Positions 32,927 to 42,778 of a DNA stretch of 64,000 bases are shown here, piece after piece. Within the stretch, counting starts at the first letter, position 1; every line of letters begins with the position of its first letter. A program made the position numbers and the translations under genes. The notes below the pieces were generated by a model that had not been told where the DNA came from, searched no databases, and saw nothing but the letters and a program-made list of their open reading frames with translations. The stretch spans positions 1,156 through 65,155 of the forward strand of contig JAQXBM010000052.1 of assembly GCA_029252405.1 (NCBI GenBank), in the 5' to 3' direction. This stretch comes from Crocinitomicaceae bacterium. Its GTDB lineage: Bacteria; Bacteroidota; Bacteroidia; Flavobacteriales_D; Crocinitomicaceae.

Positions 32927-33178
32927 TTACAGATCAATCAGCTCGTTTACTCCTTTTGCCCAGTCGAAATCTTTCTGTGTGAGTTGATTCCCATCGTCGT
33001 GTGTTGTAATGCTCAGTTCCAATTTTCGCCATTCACTGATGCGCATGTCTGCGTGATGATTTACTGCATCTGAGTACTTGGCAACTTGCAGAACAAACTC
33101 CCCCAATTCCGTTTGATCTTTGAAGACAAACTCCCTTACCAAAGCCTCACCCGTATTTTTCCAGTTATCTATTTCCAT
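32927..33178 (-). CDS. phhB: 4a-hydroxytetrahydrobiopterin (pterin-4a-carbinolamine) dehydratase
   Basis: 83 aa. NHHADMRISEWRKLELSITTHD is the PCD signature, and the gene clusters with phhA. Confidence 0.9.
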   Translation of the reverse strand: MEIDNWKNTGEALVREFVFKDQTELGEFVLQVAKYSDAVNHHADMRISEWRKLELSITTHDDGNQLTQKDFDWAKGVNELIDL

Positions 33179-33188
33179 TCATTTCTTT

Positions 33189-33791
33189 TTAAATATCAAA
33201 AACCACAAACAACAATATGATAATAATAAATGCAAGGAATGGTATTCCAGCAGCAAACAAGCTATAGTAGAACAACCAGGGGATAAACTTGCCCGTAAGG
33301 TGCAGTATCAAACTCACGATCAACCCAATCACGCCAGTCCAAAATAATAGGCCCACCAATATGATAATGAAAGCGGCAAAATTCAATTCAGATTGCGATG
33401 GTCTTTCTTTTAGTTGCTCTTCTGAGTTCGTTTCATCGACTTGTTGCTGATGACTAGCTGGACTCAATGGTTCTTGCGAAGATAAATCGTCTGTTGATTC
33501 AGGTTTTACTTCTTGTTCCGTTCGAATGATTGTCGGTTCCTCTCGCTCAGTTTCATGTTTTGTCTCTAGCTCAGCAACAACTGTTTCCTTTTCCTTGCTT
33601 TCAGTGTTCGAGCTTTCTTGCGAAACAGAATAGACTTCATCATCGTTTGTTGAACTTGAGTTTTTGTACTTCTTTTTTAGGTTCCAAAAGTGACCTTTCA
33701 GGTGCTTTCGCTTCGAGAAGTTCGAATTGTTCAAGTTCCCGCAAGAACTAACAAGCAACCAAATCAGCAGAAAGAAAACACTCCGAATCAT
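33189..33791 (-). CDS. membrane protein with acidic low-complexity linker
   Basis: Lipoprotein-like N-terminus (LLVSSCGN), a Glu/Ser-rich middle and two C-terminal TM helices. Confidence 0.5.
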   Translation of the reverse strand: MIRSVFFLLIWLLVSSCGNLNNSNFSKRKHLKGHFWNLKKKYKNSSSTNDDEVYSVSQESSNTESKEKETVVAELETKHETEREEPTIIRTEQEVKPESTDDLSSQEPLSPASHQQQVDETNSEEQLKERPSQSELNFAAFIIILVGLLFWTGVIGLIVSLILHLTGKFIPWLFYYSLFAAGIPFLAFIIIILLFVVFDI

Positions 33792-33821
33792 TCTCTTAAA
33801 TTAAGGATTATTCAGTACAGC

Positions 33822-34529
33822 TTATTTCCAGCGCTCTTTCAATTCGAGAATCGCTTGGTACAATTGCTCCATGCTTTCGATCACAAAGTACTTCGTTTGG
33901 ATTTTATCCGTTTCAAAGTAGGTCCCCAAGATTTCGTCCAAATCAAACGGCACTCGCTCTGTGTTCGGCTCCAAACAGGCAATTGATTCACCAAAAGACG
34001 ATGCGATTCCTGCTCCAAACACCTTCGGTCCATTCTCCTCAATCAAGCCAAACTCAATGGTAAACCAATACAAGCGCTGCAGTTGAATCACGCGCATCTC
34101 GTTCTCTTTGTTCCGAACGCCCAATTTCCCGAATTCGTGAATGAACTCGGAAAAAACCTTGTTCGAAAGCAAAGGAATGTGCCCGAACACATCGTGGAAC
34201 ATGTCTGGTTCTTCCAAGTAATCAAGTTGACTCATTGACCGAAGCCATGTCGAAGAACAAAACTGTCTTTTCGATAACAACTCAAAGAAATCGTCCACAG
34301 GAATCAACCCCGGAACACAATACATTTCCCAACCCGTTCGCGATTTAAACCAATCATTCAATTGGGCAAACTCAGCGATCCGATCTGAATAAAGTACCGC
34401 TTTCATCTCGTCCAAAGCATCTAAATACTCTGAACAAGCCTTGTCTTTCAAATTCACTACTTGCCGATCAAAAAGGGTCTTCCACACGTCGAAATCCTCT
34501 TGTGTGTACTGTTCAAATTGTTGTCTCAT
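33822..34529 (-). CDS. phhA: phenylalanine 4-monooxygenase (biopterin-dependent aromatic amino-acid hydroxylase)
   Basis: HDVFGHIPLL, YWFTIEFGLI and GAGIASSFGE motifs. Confidence 0.9.
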   Translation of the reverse strand: MRQQFEQYTQEDFDVWKTLFDRQVVNLKDKACSEYLDALDEMKAVLYSDRIAEFAQLNDWFKSRTGWEMYCVPGLIPVDDFFELLSKRQFCSSTWLRSMSQLDYLEEPDMFHDVFGHIPLLSNKVFSEFIHEFGKLGVRNKENEMRVIQLQRLYWFTIEFGLIEENGPKVFGAGIASSFGESIACLEPNTERVPFDLDEILGTYFETDKIQTKYFVIESMEQLYQAILELKERWK

Positions 34530-34736
34530 TTTACCAAATAAAAAAAGCCCGATTCAATAGAACCAGGCCTCGTATAAATTCATCACAATCTACGTCTAGT
34601 TCGTCTCCATTTGGAAATACGAATAAGTGCAATATGTGTTTGTCTTCATCATTGAGTCAAATATAGACAATAAGTTGATGTTTCAAAGAGAATTTTAAAA
34701 ACGCGAAAAGAATGAAATATCTCGTATCTTCGTGAC

Positions 34737-35615
34737 ATGGTGTTGAATATACTGCATAAGCGTTTCAAAGTTGTCGGTGATATCTATGTTGATGTGGACA
34801 AAACAATTTTTGCTCTTCTCATCATTTTAGGCACTTGGTTGTTTATTGTTGCGCTGCGAAGGCTGATTACGCGACCGAACTTTATTGCCGATAAAATCCA
34901 AGAGAAACGTCAAATGACGATCTTCTTGCTGACCAAATACGCTGCTTGGTTCGTCGCTATTCTTTCGAGTTTATCTGTTCTCGGGATCGACTTGACCACA
35001 TTGGTTCTGGGGTCAACCGCATTATTGGTTGGTTTAGGATTCGGGCTTCAACACATCTTTCGCGATTTCATTTCCGGAATTTTTCTCTTGTTTGAAGGAT
35101 CGATTAAAATTGGCGATATCATTGAGGTCGACGATGTTGTTGGGGTCGTGCTCGAGGTCAATTTGCGCAGTTGCGAACTGAAGACCCGCGATGATGTAAA
35201 GATCATTGTTCCTAACTCAAAGTTTTTGGCCGAAGAAGTGGTTAACTGGTCGCACGAAAGTGATCAAGTCCGCTTTACGATTGAGCTTGGTGTCGCTTAC
35301 GGCTCAGACATCGACAAAGTAAATGAATGTTTGGTGAAGGCCATGCAGGCGCACAAACACGTTTCATCGTCTCCAAAACCTTACATCCATTTCTCGAAGT
35401 TTGGGGAATCTTCTTTGGAATTTAAGATGTTTTTCTGGTCGAAGAATACCTTTTTGATCGAACAAGTGAAGTCTGATATCCGCATGGACCTGTACAAGCG
35501 CCTAAAGGAAAATGGTTTGGAAATTCCGTTCCCACAGCGCGACGTTCACATTAAAGGAATGGACAATTCTGAATTGCTGGCGAAGGGAGATTTGAAGAAG
35601 GGATTGGAAAATTAA
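34737..35615 (+). CDS. mechanosensitive ion channel (MscS family)
   Basis: TM3/beta-domain motif: LVGLGFGLQHIFRDFISGIFLLFEGSIKIGDIIEV. Confidence 0.85.
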   Translation: MVLNILHKRFKVVGDIYVDVDKTIFALLIILGTWLFIVALRRLITRPNFIADKIQEKRQMTIFLLTKYAAWFVAILSSLSVLGIDLTTLVLGSTALLVGLGFGLQHIFRDFISGIFLLFEGSIKIGDIIEVDDVVGVVLEVNLRSCELKTRDDVKIIVPNSKFLAEEVVNWSHESDQVRFTIELGVAYGSDIDKVNECLVKAMQAHKHVSSSPKPYIHFSKFGESSLEFKMFFWSKNTFLIEQVKSDIRMDLYKRLKENGLEIPFPQRDVHIKGMDNSELLAKGDLKKGLEN

Positions 35616-35706
35616 TGCTCCCTTTTTACCCGAAATTGCGCCACTTCCTAAATCCGTGATTTGAACTCATTCTGAATTCAATTGTACAGGTATTCAAACC
35701 CTACCT

Positions 35707-36522
35707 GTGAAACAAGAATATTCCGTTCCGAATCAATGCGACGAAAATTGGAATCAAATGACTCCAACTGATCGCGGTGCTTTTTGTCAAGTGTGTTCCA
35801 AAGAAGTACATGATTTGTCCAATTCGCCTCTAGCAGAAATACGCGCAAAGCTGTTTAAAAACCCAAATGAACGGATGTGCATCCGAATAAAGTCCTCGCA
35901 GCTGCAGGCAATCAATAGCGATGTGGATAGGTGGTATGAACAAGACAGAAACTATCCGCTCCGATTATTTCTCTTTGCGCTCTTTTTGGTTTTTGGGATG
36001 AGCATATTCACCGGTTCAGCTCAAGCGAGCAAGATTGCTCAAAAAGTACAAGAAATTCATCAGGTCGATGACGCTTTGACTCATGCAACAGCAGAAGTTG
36101 GAGATAGTGCCCGTAGAGGACTTTACGACGATGATTTCTATCATCAAGGAATACGGATAATCACCCCTTATGGATCGGGTTCTAAACCAAATAAATCGGA
36201 ACCGAAAGCAGACAGTACAAGTTCCATACGTGCTACAAAAGAATTGGAAGAACCTGAAGAGCTGATTGAGTTTGATATCGTTGCCTATCCAAACCCAACA
36301 CGAACGGAAACCACGTTGAAAATTAGCGTTCCAGATACACTAACGTTTGCCATTAAAATGTTCTCTATTTCAGGGCATAAGGTCCGATCCTTCGGAACAA
36401 AAACATTTCCAAAAGGCACGTCTGAATTCACCATCGATTTAAACTCTCTCCCCAGAGGAACCTATATTGTTGGTTTTCAGGGGGCGGAAATCGGGAAAAC
36501 TGTGTCAGTTGTTAAGCTTTGA
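35707..36522 (+). CDS. T9SS-sorted protein with N-terminal Cys4 zinc-ribbon-like motif
   Basis: GTG start. CDENW..GAFCQVCSKEVHD at the N-terminus. C-terminal FDIVAYPNPTRTET...GTYIVGFQG...VVKL is a type A sorting domain. Confidence 0.65.
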   Translation: MKQEYSVPNQCDENWNQMTPTDRGAFCQVCSKEVHDLSNSPLAEIRAKLFKNPNERMCIRIKSSQLQAINSDVDRWYEQDRNYPLRLFLFALFLVFGMSIFTGSAQASKIAQKVQEIHQVDDALTHATAEVGDSARRGLYDDDFYHQGIRIITPYGSGSKPNKSEPKADSTSSIRATKELEEPEELIEFDIVAYPNPTRTETTLKISVPDTLTFAIKMFSISGHKVRSFGTKTFPKGTSEFTIDLNSLPRGTYIVGFQGAEIGKTVSVVKL

Positions 36523-36523
36523 A

Positions 36524-39500
36524 TTATTCATTACTGATAATTTCCCCTCCCAAAACGCCACTTCCCGGACCGAGAGTTATCACTTCATTCGCGCAATCTA
36601 TTAAGGTTGAGTTATGCTCGATGAACAAAACCGTACTCCCTTGTTCCACTAACTTTTGGAATTGCTGAGCCAATTTCAAGACATCTACATTGTGCAAGCC
36701 TGTGCTCGGTTCATCAAAAAGGTAAAGTGATTTTCCGTTCGAACTCATCAGTTCTTTGGCCAACTTCAAGCGTTGAGCTTCTCCACCTGACAAGATGCTT
36801 CCTCCATGCCCCAGTTGCAGATGCCCAACTCCAACATCTTTCAAGAATTGAAGATCCTTTTTGATGCGATCACTCTCAAAAAAGGCGTGCGCTTCGTTGA
36901 TTGTCAGTTGCAGCACATCCCCAATTGATTTTCCGTTTAGAAGACACAGTTGAATTTCATCATTGTAGCGCATTCCGTGGCAAACATCGCATTCTGTCCA
37001 AACATCTCCCATGAAATCTAGGCTGGTTTTCTGTTGTCCTTGACCCGCACATGAGGTACACTTTCCCTTTTTACTCTGATAACTGAAATCCGCTTTTTTG
37101 AAACCTTGTTGCTTCGCATCTTCCGTTTTTGCGAATTCTCCTCGAGTGAAATCCAGTATTCCTGTGAATGATGCGACAGTGCTCAACCTATTTCCCGTGA
37201 AGGGCTTTTGATCAATCAGCAAGACCTCATCAAACTGATCCAGCCCAAAAATAGCGTCACAACCAACAGGTCGTTTCTTTGCATATGACTCAAATAGAAC
37301 ATCTCGAATCAGGCTAGATTTTCCACTTCCTGAAACACCCGTTATCGCAATAATTTGCCCTGATTTGACACTGACATCAATATTTTTTAGGTTGTTCTGC
37401 GAGGCATTTGTGACTCCAAAGTTGATCTGTTCATGATCGTAAACTTGCGGTTTCAACCTTGCAGTTTCTGCAAGCAATTGGGCTGTCAAGGTTTCTGGAC
37501 GCTTCTTTAAATCAACTCTTTCTCCTTGAAAAACTACTTCTCCGCCTCCTTTTCCTGCTTTTGGCCCCATTTCAATGACGTAATCCGCGGATTGAATGAA
37601 TTGGCGATCATGCTCGACAGCGATAACGGTATTTCCTTTTTCGACCAATCCAGCAAGCAGTTTTGTCAACGCATTTACTTGCTCTGCGTCCATTCCAATT
37701 GTTGGCTCATCGAGAATATACGTTACTCCGTAAAGATCAGCGGAAAATTGCCCCGCCAAAGAAATGCGCTGGTGTTCGCCTCCGGACAAACTCTTTGTTG
37801 ATCGATTGATGCTCAAATGCCCCAAACCAAGATCGAGAATGAGCTTCATTTTTCGTTGAATACCAGGGATAATTGCCAACGCTATTTTCGTCTCAGCGGA
37901 ATTCGAATCGGCATTAAAATCACTCAACAATTTGCTGCATTCGGCAATAGTTAATTGCGTCAACTCATGAATATTCTTCCCTGAAAACTGCGTTTTGAGT
38001 AATTCCTTTTTCAATCGACTCCCCTCACAACTTGGGCATTGAACCTCATGCAGAACAGCTTCCAAAGCCTGTTTGTTCTTATTGGATAATCTGCGCTGAT
38101 ATTCATCGTCTAAATAATCACAGAGCCCAAGCCATTGTGCTTTCAGTTGCTGTGTCCCCGTTCGCGATTTCATTATAAACGTCCACTCCACTTCCCACTC
38201 TGTGTCGTCTCCTCCGTGCAGAATTGTCGATTGTTGTTCTTGGGTCAATTCACTCCATGGCTTCGATAAACCCCAGTTTTTGTGTTCTGCTAAAGCCTGC
38301 AAAGTTGCCATGAACTGACCGTGAATATCTCCGTAATAATGAACCGCTTTATTGGAAGAAATTGCACCTTCGAAGATTGATTTTCCTGGGTCGACAATTA
38401 CGGCATCAGGATCGCACTTGAGTTGAACTCCCAATCCTCGACAGGATTCACACGCCCCGCTGTGATGATTAAACGAAAAGCTCTGCGCCGAATGATTCAA
38501 GCCGATCTGAGCTCCAATTCGAGCGTAAAGTAATCGAATGGAGTCGTAAATTCCCGACAAGGTTCCAACTGTCGATCTGTTCGAGATTGAACCTGCTTTT
38601 CTTCTCATGGCAATGCACGGCCCAAGTCCTTCCGATTCCGCAATGATGGCTTCATTGTTTTGATGAATCAACGAACGGTTGTAAGCCGAAAGTGACTCTG
38701 TGAATCGAGCATTTGCCTCAGAAAAAATCGTGTCGTAAACCAAAGATGACTTTCCACTGCCCGATAGGCCTGTAACCACTGTTATCTGATTCTTTGGAAT
38801 TCGAACATCAATGTTTTTTAAGTTGTGCGTTTCAACTCCTTTCAGAATGAGTTCATTTATTTTGACTCCTCGTGCGCTCGTCTCGCCCGTTGATCGTTGG
38901 TCAAGCTGTTTCGGAACACCTTGATGCAGAATGTATCCACCTAGACTTCCACTTTCCGGACCGAGTTCGATGTGCCAATCGCTATTTTGAATGATTTGTT
39001 CATCCTGCTCGATGCACACAATCGTGTTTCCTTTGTCCGTGATTTGCTGAAACAAATCCAACAAGGTTTTTATGTCTTGGTGATGCAAACCAGTACTTGG
39101 TTCAGTTAGCACGTAGAGCGTCGACCCCGTATCTTTTTTCTGAAGTTGATTAGCAATTTTGATGCGCTGCGCCTCCCCCCCAGAAAGCGTTGTAGACGAT
39201 TGTCCAAGCGTCAAATATCCCAAACCTATGGACTGCAATGTTTGAATTCCTCGAAGAATTTTGGGTTGATCTTCAAAAAAAGAAACAGCATCATTGATGC
39301 TCATCTCGTAGATGTCAGCTATAGATTTTTCGTTGAAAAGAACCTCTAAGGTTGGGTTGTTGAATCGTTTGCCATCACATTCGCCACAGCGTAAATCAAC
39401 ATTCCCCAAAAAGTGCATTCCTATTTGCGTTTTTCCCGCACCTTGACAGCTTTCACACCTTCCTCCTTTGTTATTGAATGAAAACCGCGATTTCGTATAA

Positions 39501-41281
39501 GAGCGTTCCTTTGACAAGGTTAATTTTGCGAATAAATCACGAATGTGATCAGAAATCCCCAAGTAGGTTGCTGGATTGCTTCGCGGCGTTTTTCCTATTG
39601 GAGATTGATCTACATAGATCAGTTTGTTAATGGCATCTGGGGCTGAGTCGGACATCAAGCGAAGTCCCTTTCCTGATAGTGACGATTCAACCTGTTTCAT
39701 CAACGTGCCCTTGACCAAACTCGTTTTCCCTGTTCCTGACTTTCCGCTAACAACATTCAATCTCCCCAATTGAAACGCAACATCAATGTTTTTCAAGTTG
39801 TTTTTGTTGCAACCGACGAGGTCAATGGTTTGACCCTCTTGATTCGAGTTTGCTTTTCGCTCGCTTATTTTATTGTCATTTATTGCTCGATAAGTTGCGC
39901 TCGTTTCCAATAGAAGCAAGCTTTTCTCGAAATCATCATAGGTTCCATTGAATAAAATTTCGCCACCGTTGACTCCTGCCTGAGGTCCAACATCTACTAC
40001 CCAATCGGCTTGGCGAATAGTCGCTAAATCATGTTCAACCACGATGACTGAATTGCCCTTTCGAACCAGTTCTTTCAAGTGATAAATCATCCGATCATTC
40101 TCATCGCGATGCAATCCAATGGAGGGTTCATCAAAAATGTAAAGAACATCGCTGAGTGAACTTGTGAGCTGATTCGCTACGCGTAATCGTTGAATTTCGC
40201 TGGAAGAAAGACTTTTCGCCTCACGGTTGAGGGATAAATGACCAAGTCCAAGATCCGCCAAAATCACTACATGTTCCTGTATTTTATCTACTATTTTCTT
40301 TGAAACCTCATCCCATTCTGGTTGATTGATCCATCTACTTAAATGGTTCAACTCAAGGTTGGTCAATTCGGAAATTGTACTCCCTTTTATTCTTACACTA
40401 CGTGCATCCGCATTGATTCGTTCGCTATTGCATTCTGTGCATGTAATCGATTTTACGTACTTCAGAATATTGGCGTTTCGATCACGTCGAAGGATGTCTG
40501 ACATAATGGGAATCATTCCTTTGTAATGTCCTTCCTCTCTAGGTTTTGCTTTGATCCCTGTCCATTTCAAGCGTGATTCCAAGCTGTGTTTTCCAAATGG
40601 AACTTTGATTTTGTCACTGCCGTAAAGAATCACGTTTTGTTGAACTTCCGTGAGTTCATTCCAGGGAGTTTCGACATTAAACCCTTCTGCTTCGCACACT
40701 TGGTTGAGCACGTCGATCGTCACCTGAGAATACATGATGTATCCTGTTGGCAAAGTTGGTGCAAGCGCACCTTCGCGAATGGTTTTTTCAGGGTGAACGA
40801 CGAGTTTTTCTAAATCAATCTGCTCTTCCTTCCCTATGCCTGCGCAGTGCGGACATCTTCCAACTTCCGTGTTAAAAGAAAATAGCGATCGCGAAAGCTT
40901 GATGTCACGATCGGTTTCACCCTTTCGGGCAAAGAGCAATCTCAGGAAATCGTAAATATCAGAAACGGTACCAACGGTTGAGCGAGCGTGCATTCCAACT
41001 GCTTTTTGTCCAATCGCGATTACCGGAGACAAACCTGTAATCGAATCTACATCGGGCTGGCTCAATTTTCCGATATACTGCCTTGAAAACGAAGGCAATG
41101 TCTCAAAATAACGACGTTGTCCCTCCTTGGCGATGACATCAAAAATCAAACTGGATTTACCCGAACCTGAAACGCCCGTTACGACCACAAACTGGTTGTG
41201 AGGAATGCGAACATGAACGTTTTTAAGGTTGTTTGTTCGTGCTCCAGTAATGTTGATTTCTGCCGAATGCTTTCCACTCAT
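36524..41281 (-). CDS. tandem-duplicated UvrA-like ABC ATPase (four nucleotide-binding modules, 1585 aa)
   Basis: Four N-N-L-K-N-(V/I) plus Walker A units: GVSGSGKSS, GKSGTGKTS, GLSGSGKSS, GVSGSGKSS. Four LSGGE signature motifs. Several CxxC zinc modules (CPHCAGIG, CESCQGAG..CGECDGKR, CESCRGLG, CPSCEGSR, CTSCAGQG..CDVCHGMR). Confidence 0.85.
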   Translation of the reverse strand: MSGKHSAEINITGARTNNLKNVHVRIPHNQFVVVTGVSGSGKSSLIFDVIAKEGQRRYFETLPSFSRQYIGKLSQPDVDSITGLSPVIAIGQKAVGMHARSTVGTVSDIYDFLRLLFARKGETDRDIKLSRSLFSFNTEVGRCPHCAGIGKEEQIDLEKLVVHPEKTIREGALAPTLPTGYIMYSQVTIDVLNQVCEAEGFNVETPWNELTEVQQNVILYGSDKIKVPFGKHSLESRLKWTGIKAKPREEGHYKGMIPIMSDILRRDRNANILKYVKSITCTECNSERINADARSVRIKGSTISELTNLELNHLSRWINQPEWDEVSKKIVDKIQEHVVILADLGLGHLSLNREAKSLSSSEIQRLRVANQLTSSLSDVLYIFDEPSIGLHRDENDRMIYHLKELVRKGNSVIVVEHDLATIRQADWVVDVGPQAGVNGGEILFNGTYDDFEKSLLLLETSATYRAINDNKISERKANSNQEGQTIDLVGCNKNNLKNIDVAFQLGRLNVVSGKSGTGKTSLVKGTLMKQVESSLSGKGLRLMSDSAPDAINKLIYVDQSPIGKTPRSNPATYLGISDHIRDLFAKLTLSKERSYTKSRFSFNNKGGRCESCQGAGKTQIGMHFLGNVDLRCGECDGKRFNNPTLEVLFNEKSIADIYEMSINDAVSFFEDQPKILRGIQTLQSIGLGYLTLGQSSTTLSGGEAQRIKIANQLQKKDTGSTLYVLTEPSTGLHHQDIKTLLDLFQQITDKGNTIVCIEQDEQIIQNSDWHIELGPESGSLGGYILHQGVPKQLDQRSTGETSARGVKINELILKGVETHNLKNIDVRIPKNQITVVTGLSGSGKSSLVYDTIFSEANARFTESLSAYNRSLIHQNNEAIIAESEGLGPCIAMRRKAGSISNRSTVGTLSGIYDSIRLLYARIGAQIGLNHSAQSFSFNHHSGACESCRGLGVQLKCDPDAVIVDPGKSIFEGAISSNKAVHYYGDIHGQFMATLQALAEHKNWGLSKPWSELTQEQQSTILHGGDDTEWEVEWTFIMKSRTGTQQLKAQWLGLCDYLDDEYQRRLSNKNKQALEAVLHEVQCPSCEGSRLKKELLKTQFSGKNIHELTQLTIAECSKLLSDFNADSNSAETKIALAIIPGIQRKMKLILDLGLGHLSINRSTKSLSGGEHQRISLAGQFSADLYGVTYILDEPTIGMDAEQVNALTKLLAGLVEKGNTVIAVEHDRQFIQSADYVIEMGPKAGKGGGEVVFQGERVDLKKRPETLTAQLLAETARLKPQVYDHEQINFGVTNASQNNLKNIDVSVKSGQIIAITGVSGSGKSSLIRDVLFESYAKKRPVGCDAIFGLDQFDEVLLIDQKPFTGNRLSTVASFTGILDFTRGEFAKTEDAKQQGFKKADFSYQSKKGKCTSCAGQGQQKTSLDFMGDVWTECDVCHGMRYNDEIQLCLLNGKSIGDVLQLTINEAHAFFESDRIKKDLQFLKDVGVGHLQLGHGGSILSGGEAQRLKLAKELMSSNGKSLYLFDEPSTGLHNVDVLKLAQQFQKLVEQGSTVLFIEHNSTLIDCANEVITLGPGSGVLGGEIISNE

Positions 41282-41524
41282 GACGTGAAATTAGAAATTA
41301 ACTTTTAGTTCCTTCGAACTATGCTCTCATATTCAGCTGATAGAAATGACATTTTCAAAAGCTCAATCCTTTTTTTAGGGTCGATAAAAGCACGACAACA
41401 CAGTCGCTTCGTGATTAAGTCAAAACATTAGAACCAAAATAATTGCTTAGATATTACCATTAAACCAGTAATTTTGAAATAACATAAGGCGACTAACGTC
41501 TAATGATCAATCAAAGTTGAAAAA

Positions 41525-42214
41525 ATGACCCAAGATAAAATTACCGTAGATATTGTTTCTGATGTTGCCTGCCCATGGTGTTACGTTGGTAAACGTCGAT
41601 TTGAAGCTGCCCTCGAGAAGTGGGAAGGAACACCTGTTGAAGTGAATTGGCATCCATATCAGTTGGATCCGACAATGGGAAACGAAGGAATTGGACGAGA
41701 TAACTACCTCATCAATAAATTTGGAAGCGCAGATAACGTTTCTGAGATGACAGATCGTTTGACGAGTGTTGGAAAAGAAGTTGGAATTGACTTCGATTTC
41801 GGTGAAAAGTGGATGGCATACAACACTTTGCATTTGCATCAACTTATGCATGTTGCCGGTCAAGAGGGGTTCAAAGCAGAATTAAAAGAGCGTTTTTTGA
41901 AAGCCTATTTCGTGGATTTAACTCCACTGAATGATTCCGAAGTTCTCTATGCTATTTTGGCCGATTTCGGCTGGGATCCAGCGAAAGTAGACGCAATTGT
42001 GAACAGCGAGGAGATTGCTCAAGGTGTAAAAGCTCAAATGGCTCAATTCCAACAAATGGGCGTTTCGGGAGTTCCGTTTTTTATCATCAACAGTAAGTAT
42101 GGAATTAGTGGTGCTCAGCCGAGTGAAGCATTTTTGGAGGCTTTGTCTCAGGTGGACGCTATGCCGGCGGTTAGTGAGGGTGATAGCTGTGAGCCTGGGA
42201 GTGGGTGTTGTTAG
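41525..42214 (+). CDS. DsbA-family (FrnE-like) thiol oxidoreductase
   Basis: DVACPWCYVGKRRFE active site and a C-terminal Cys-rich tail (CEPGSGCC). Confidence 0.85.
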   Translation: MTQDKITVDIVSDVACPWCYVGKRRFEAALEKWEGTPVEVNWHPYQLDPTMGNEGIGRDNYLINKFGSADNVSEMTDRLTSVGKEVGIDFDFGEKWMAYNTLHLHQLMHVAGQEGFKAELKERFLKAYFVDLTPLNDSEVLYAILADFGWDPAKVDAIVNSEEIAQGVKAQMAQFQQMGVSGVPFFIINSKYGISGAQPSEAFLEALSQVDAMPAVSEGDSCEPGSGCC

Positions 42215-42224
42215 ATTTTGAATT

Positions 42225-42322
42225 GGGGTTCGGCTCCGCTCACCCCGTGTATTTTTTGCTTTGTTGATTATTAAGATTAAACCTCGAGGGGTGAATTGGA
42301 CATCGAGCGGAGCCGAGATGGG
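42225..42322. repeat. palindromic repeat family 1 (GGGGTTCGGCTCCGCTCACCCC), imperfect inverted pair
   Basis: Left arm 42225-42246. The right arm GGGGTGA..GAGCGGAGCCGA (42286-42322) carries an insertion. Confidence 0.75.
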
Positions 42323-42396
42323 AACTTAGGCCGGATTCGAACCTCAAAATTTTGAAATTATCCTTATCTTAAGTAGGATCAACCACTATTTAATCC

Positions 42397-42699
42397 ATGA
42401 AAGGATACATGTACATTTTGCTTTGTGCCGATGCTAGCTACTACATCGGAAGCACTATAGATTTGGAAAGGCGATTATGGCAGCATCAAAATGGTATTGG
42501 TGCAAATCATACGAAAAAACGACTCCCTATTAAGCTTGTCTATTTCGAAGAATACGATAGAATTGACGGGGCATTTTACAGAGAAAAACAAGTCCAACGC
42601 TGGAGCAGAAAAAAGAAAGAAGCTTTAATCACTGCTGCACCAGAAAAGCTCAATCAACTTGCGAAGTGTCGAAATGAATCTCATCACAGGAATCAATAA
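42397..42699 (+). CDS. GIY-YIG nuclease family protein (small URI-domain protein)
   Basis: 100 aa. GYMYILLC..SYYIGSTIDLERRLWQHQNG...VYFEEY...AFYREKQVQRWSRKKK. Confidence 0.85.
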   Translation: MKGYMYILLCADASYYIGSTIDLERRLWQHQNGIGANHTKKRLPIKLVYFEEYDRIDGAFYREKQVQRWSRKKKEALITAAPEKLNQLAKCRNESHHRNQ

Positions 42700-42701
42700 C
42701 A

Positions 42702-42772
42702 GGGTTCGGCTCCGCTCACCCCTCGAGTCGATTTTCACACCGATTACTGAGGGGTGAGCGGAGCCGAACCCC
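42702..42772. repeat. palindromic repeat family 1, perfect inverted pair
   Basis: GGGTTCGGCTCCGCTCACCCCTC (42702-42724) and its exact reverse complement (42749-42772), with a 24-nt spacer. Confidence 0.9.
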
Positions 42773-42778
42773 GCACTC

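Noticed and set aside
42330-42350. The motif ggattcgaacc (T-arm-like on the minus strand) near GIY-YIG gene 1, as another tRNA or an att-site fragment.
   Set aside because: The flanking bases do not form a T-stem (GAGG versus CCGG) and no acceptor or other arms can be folded.
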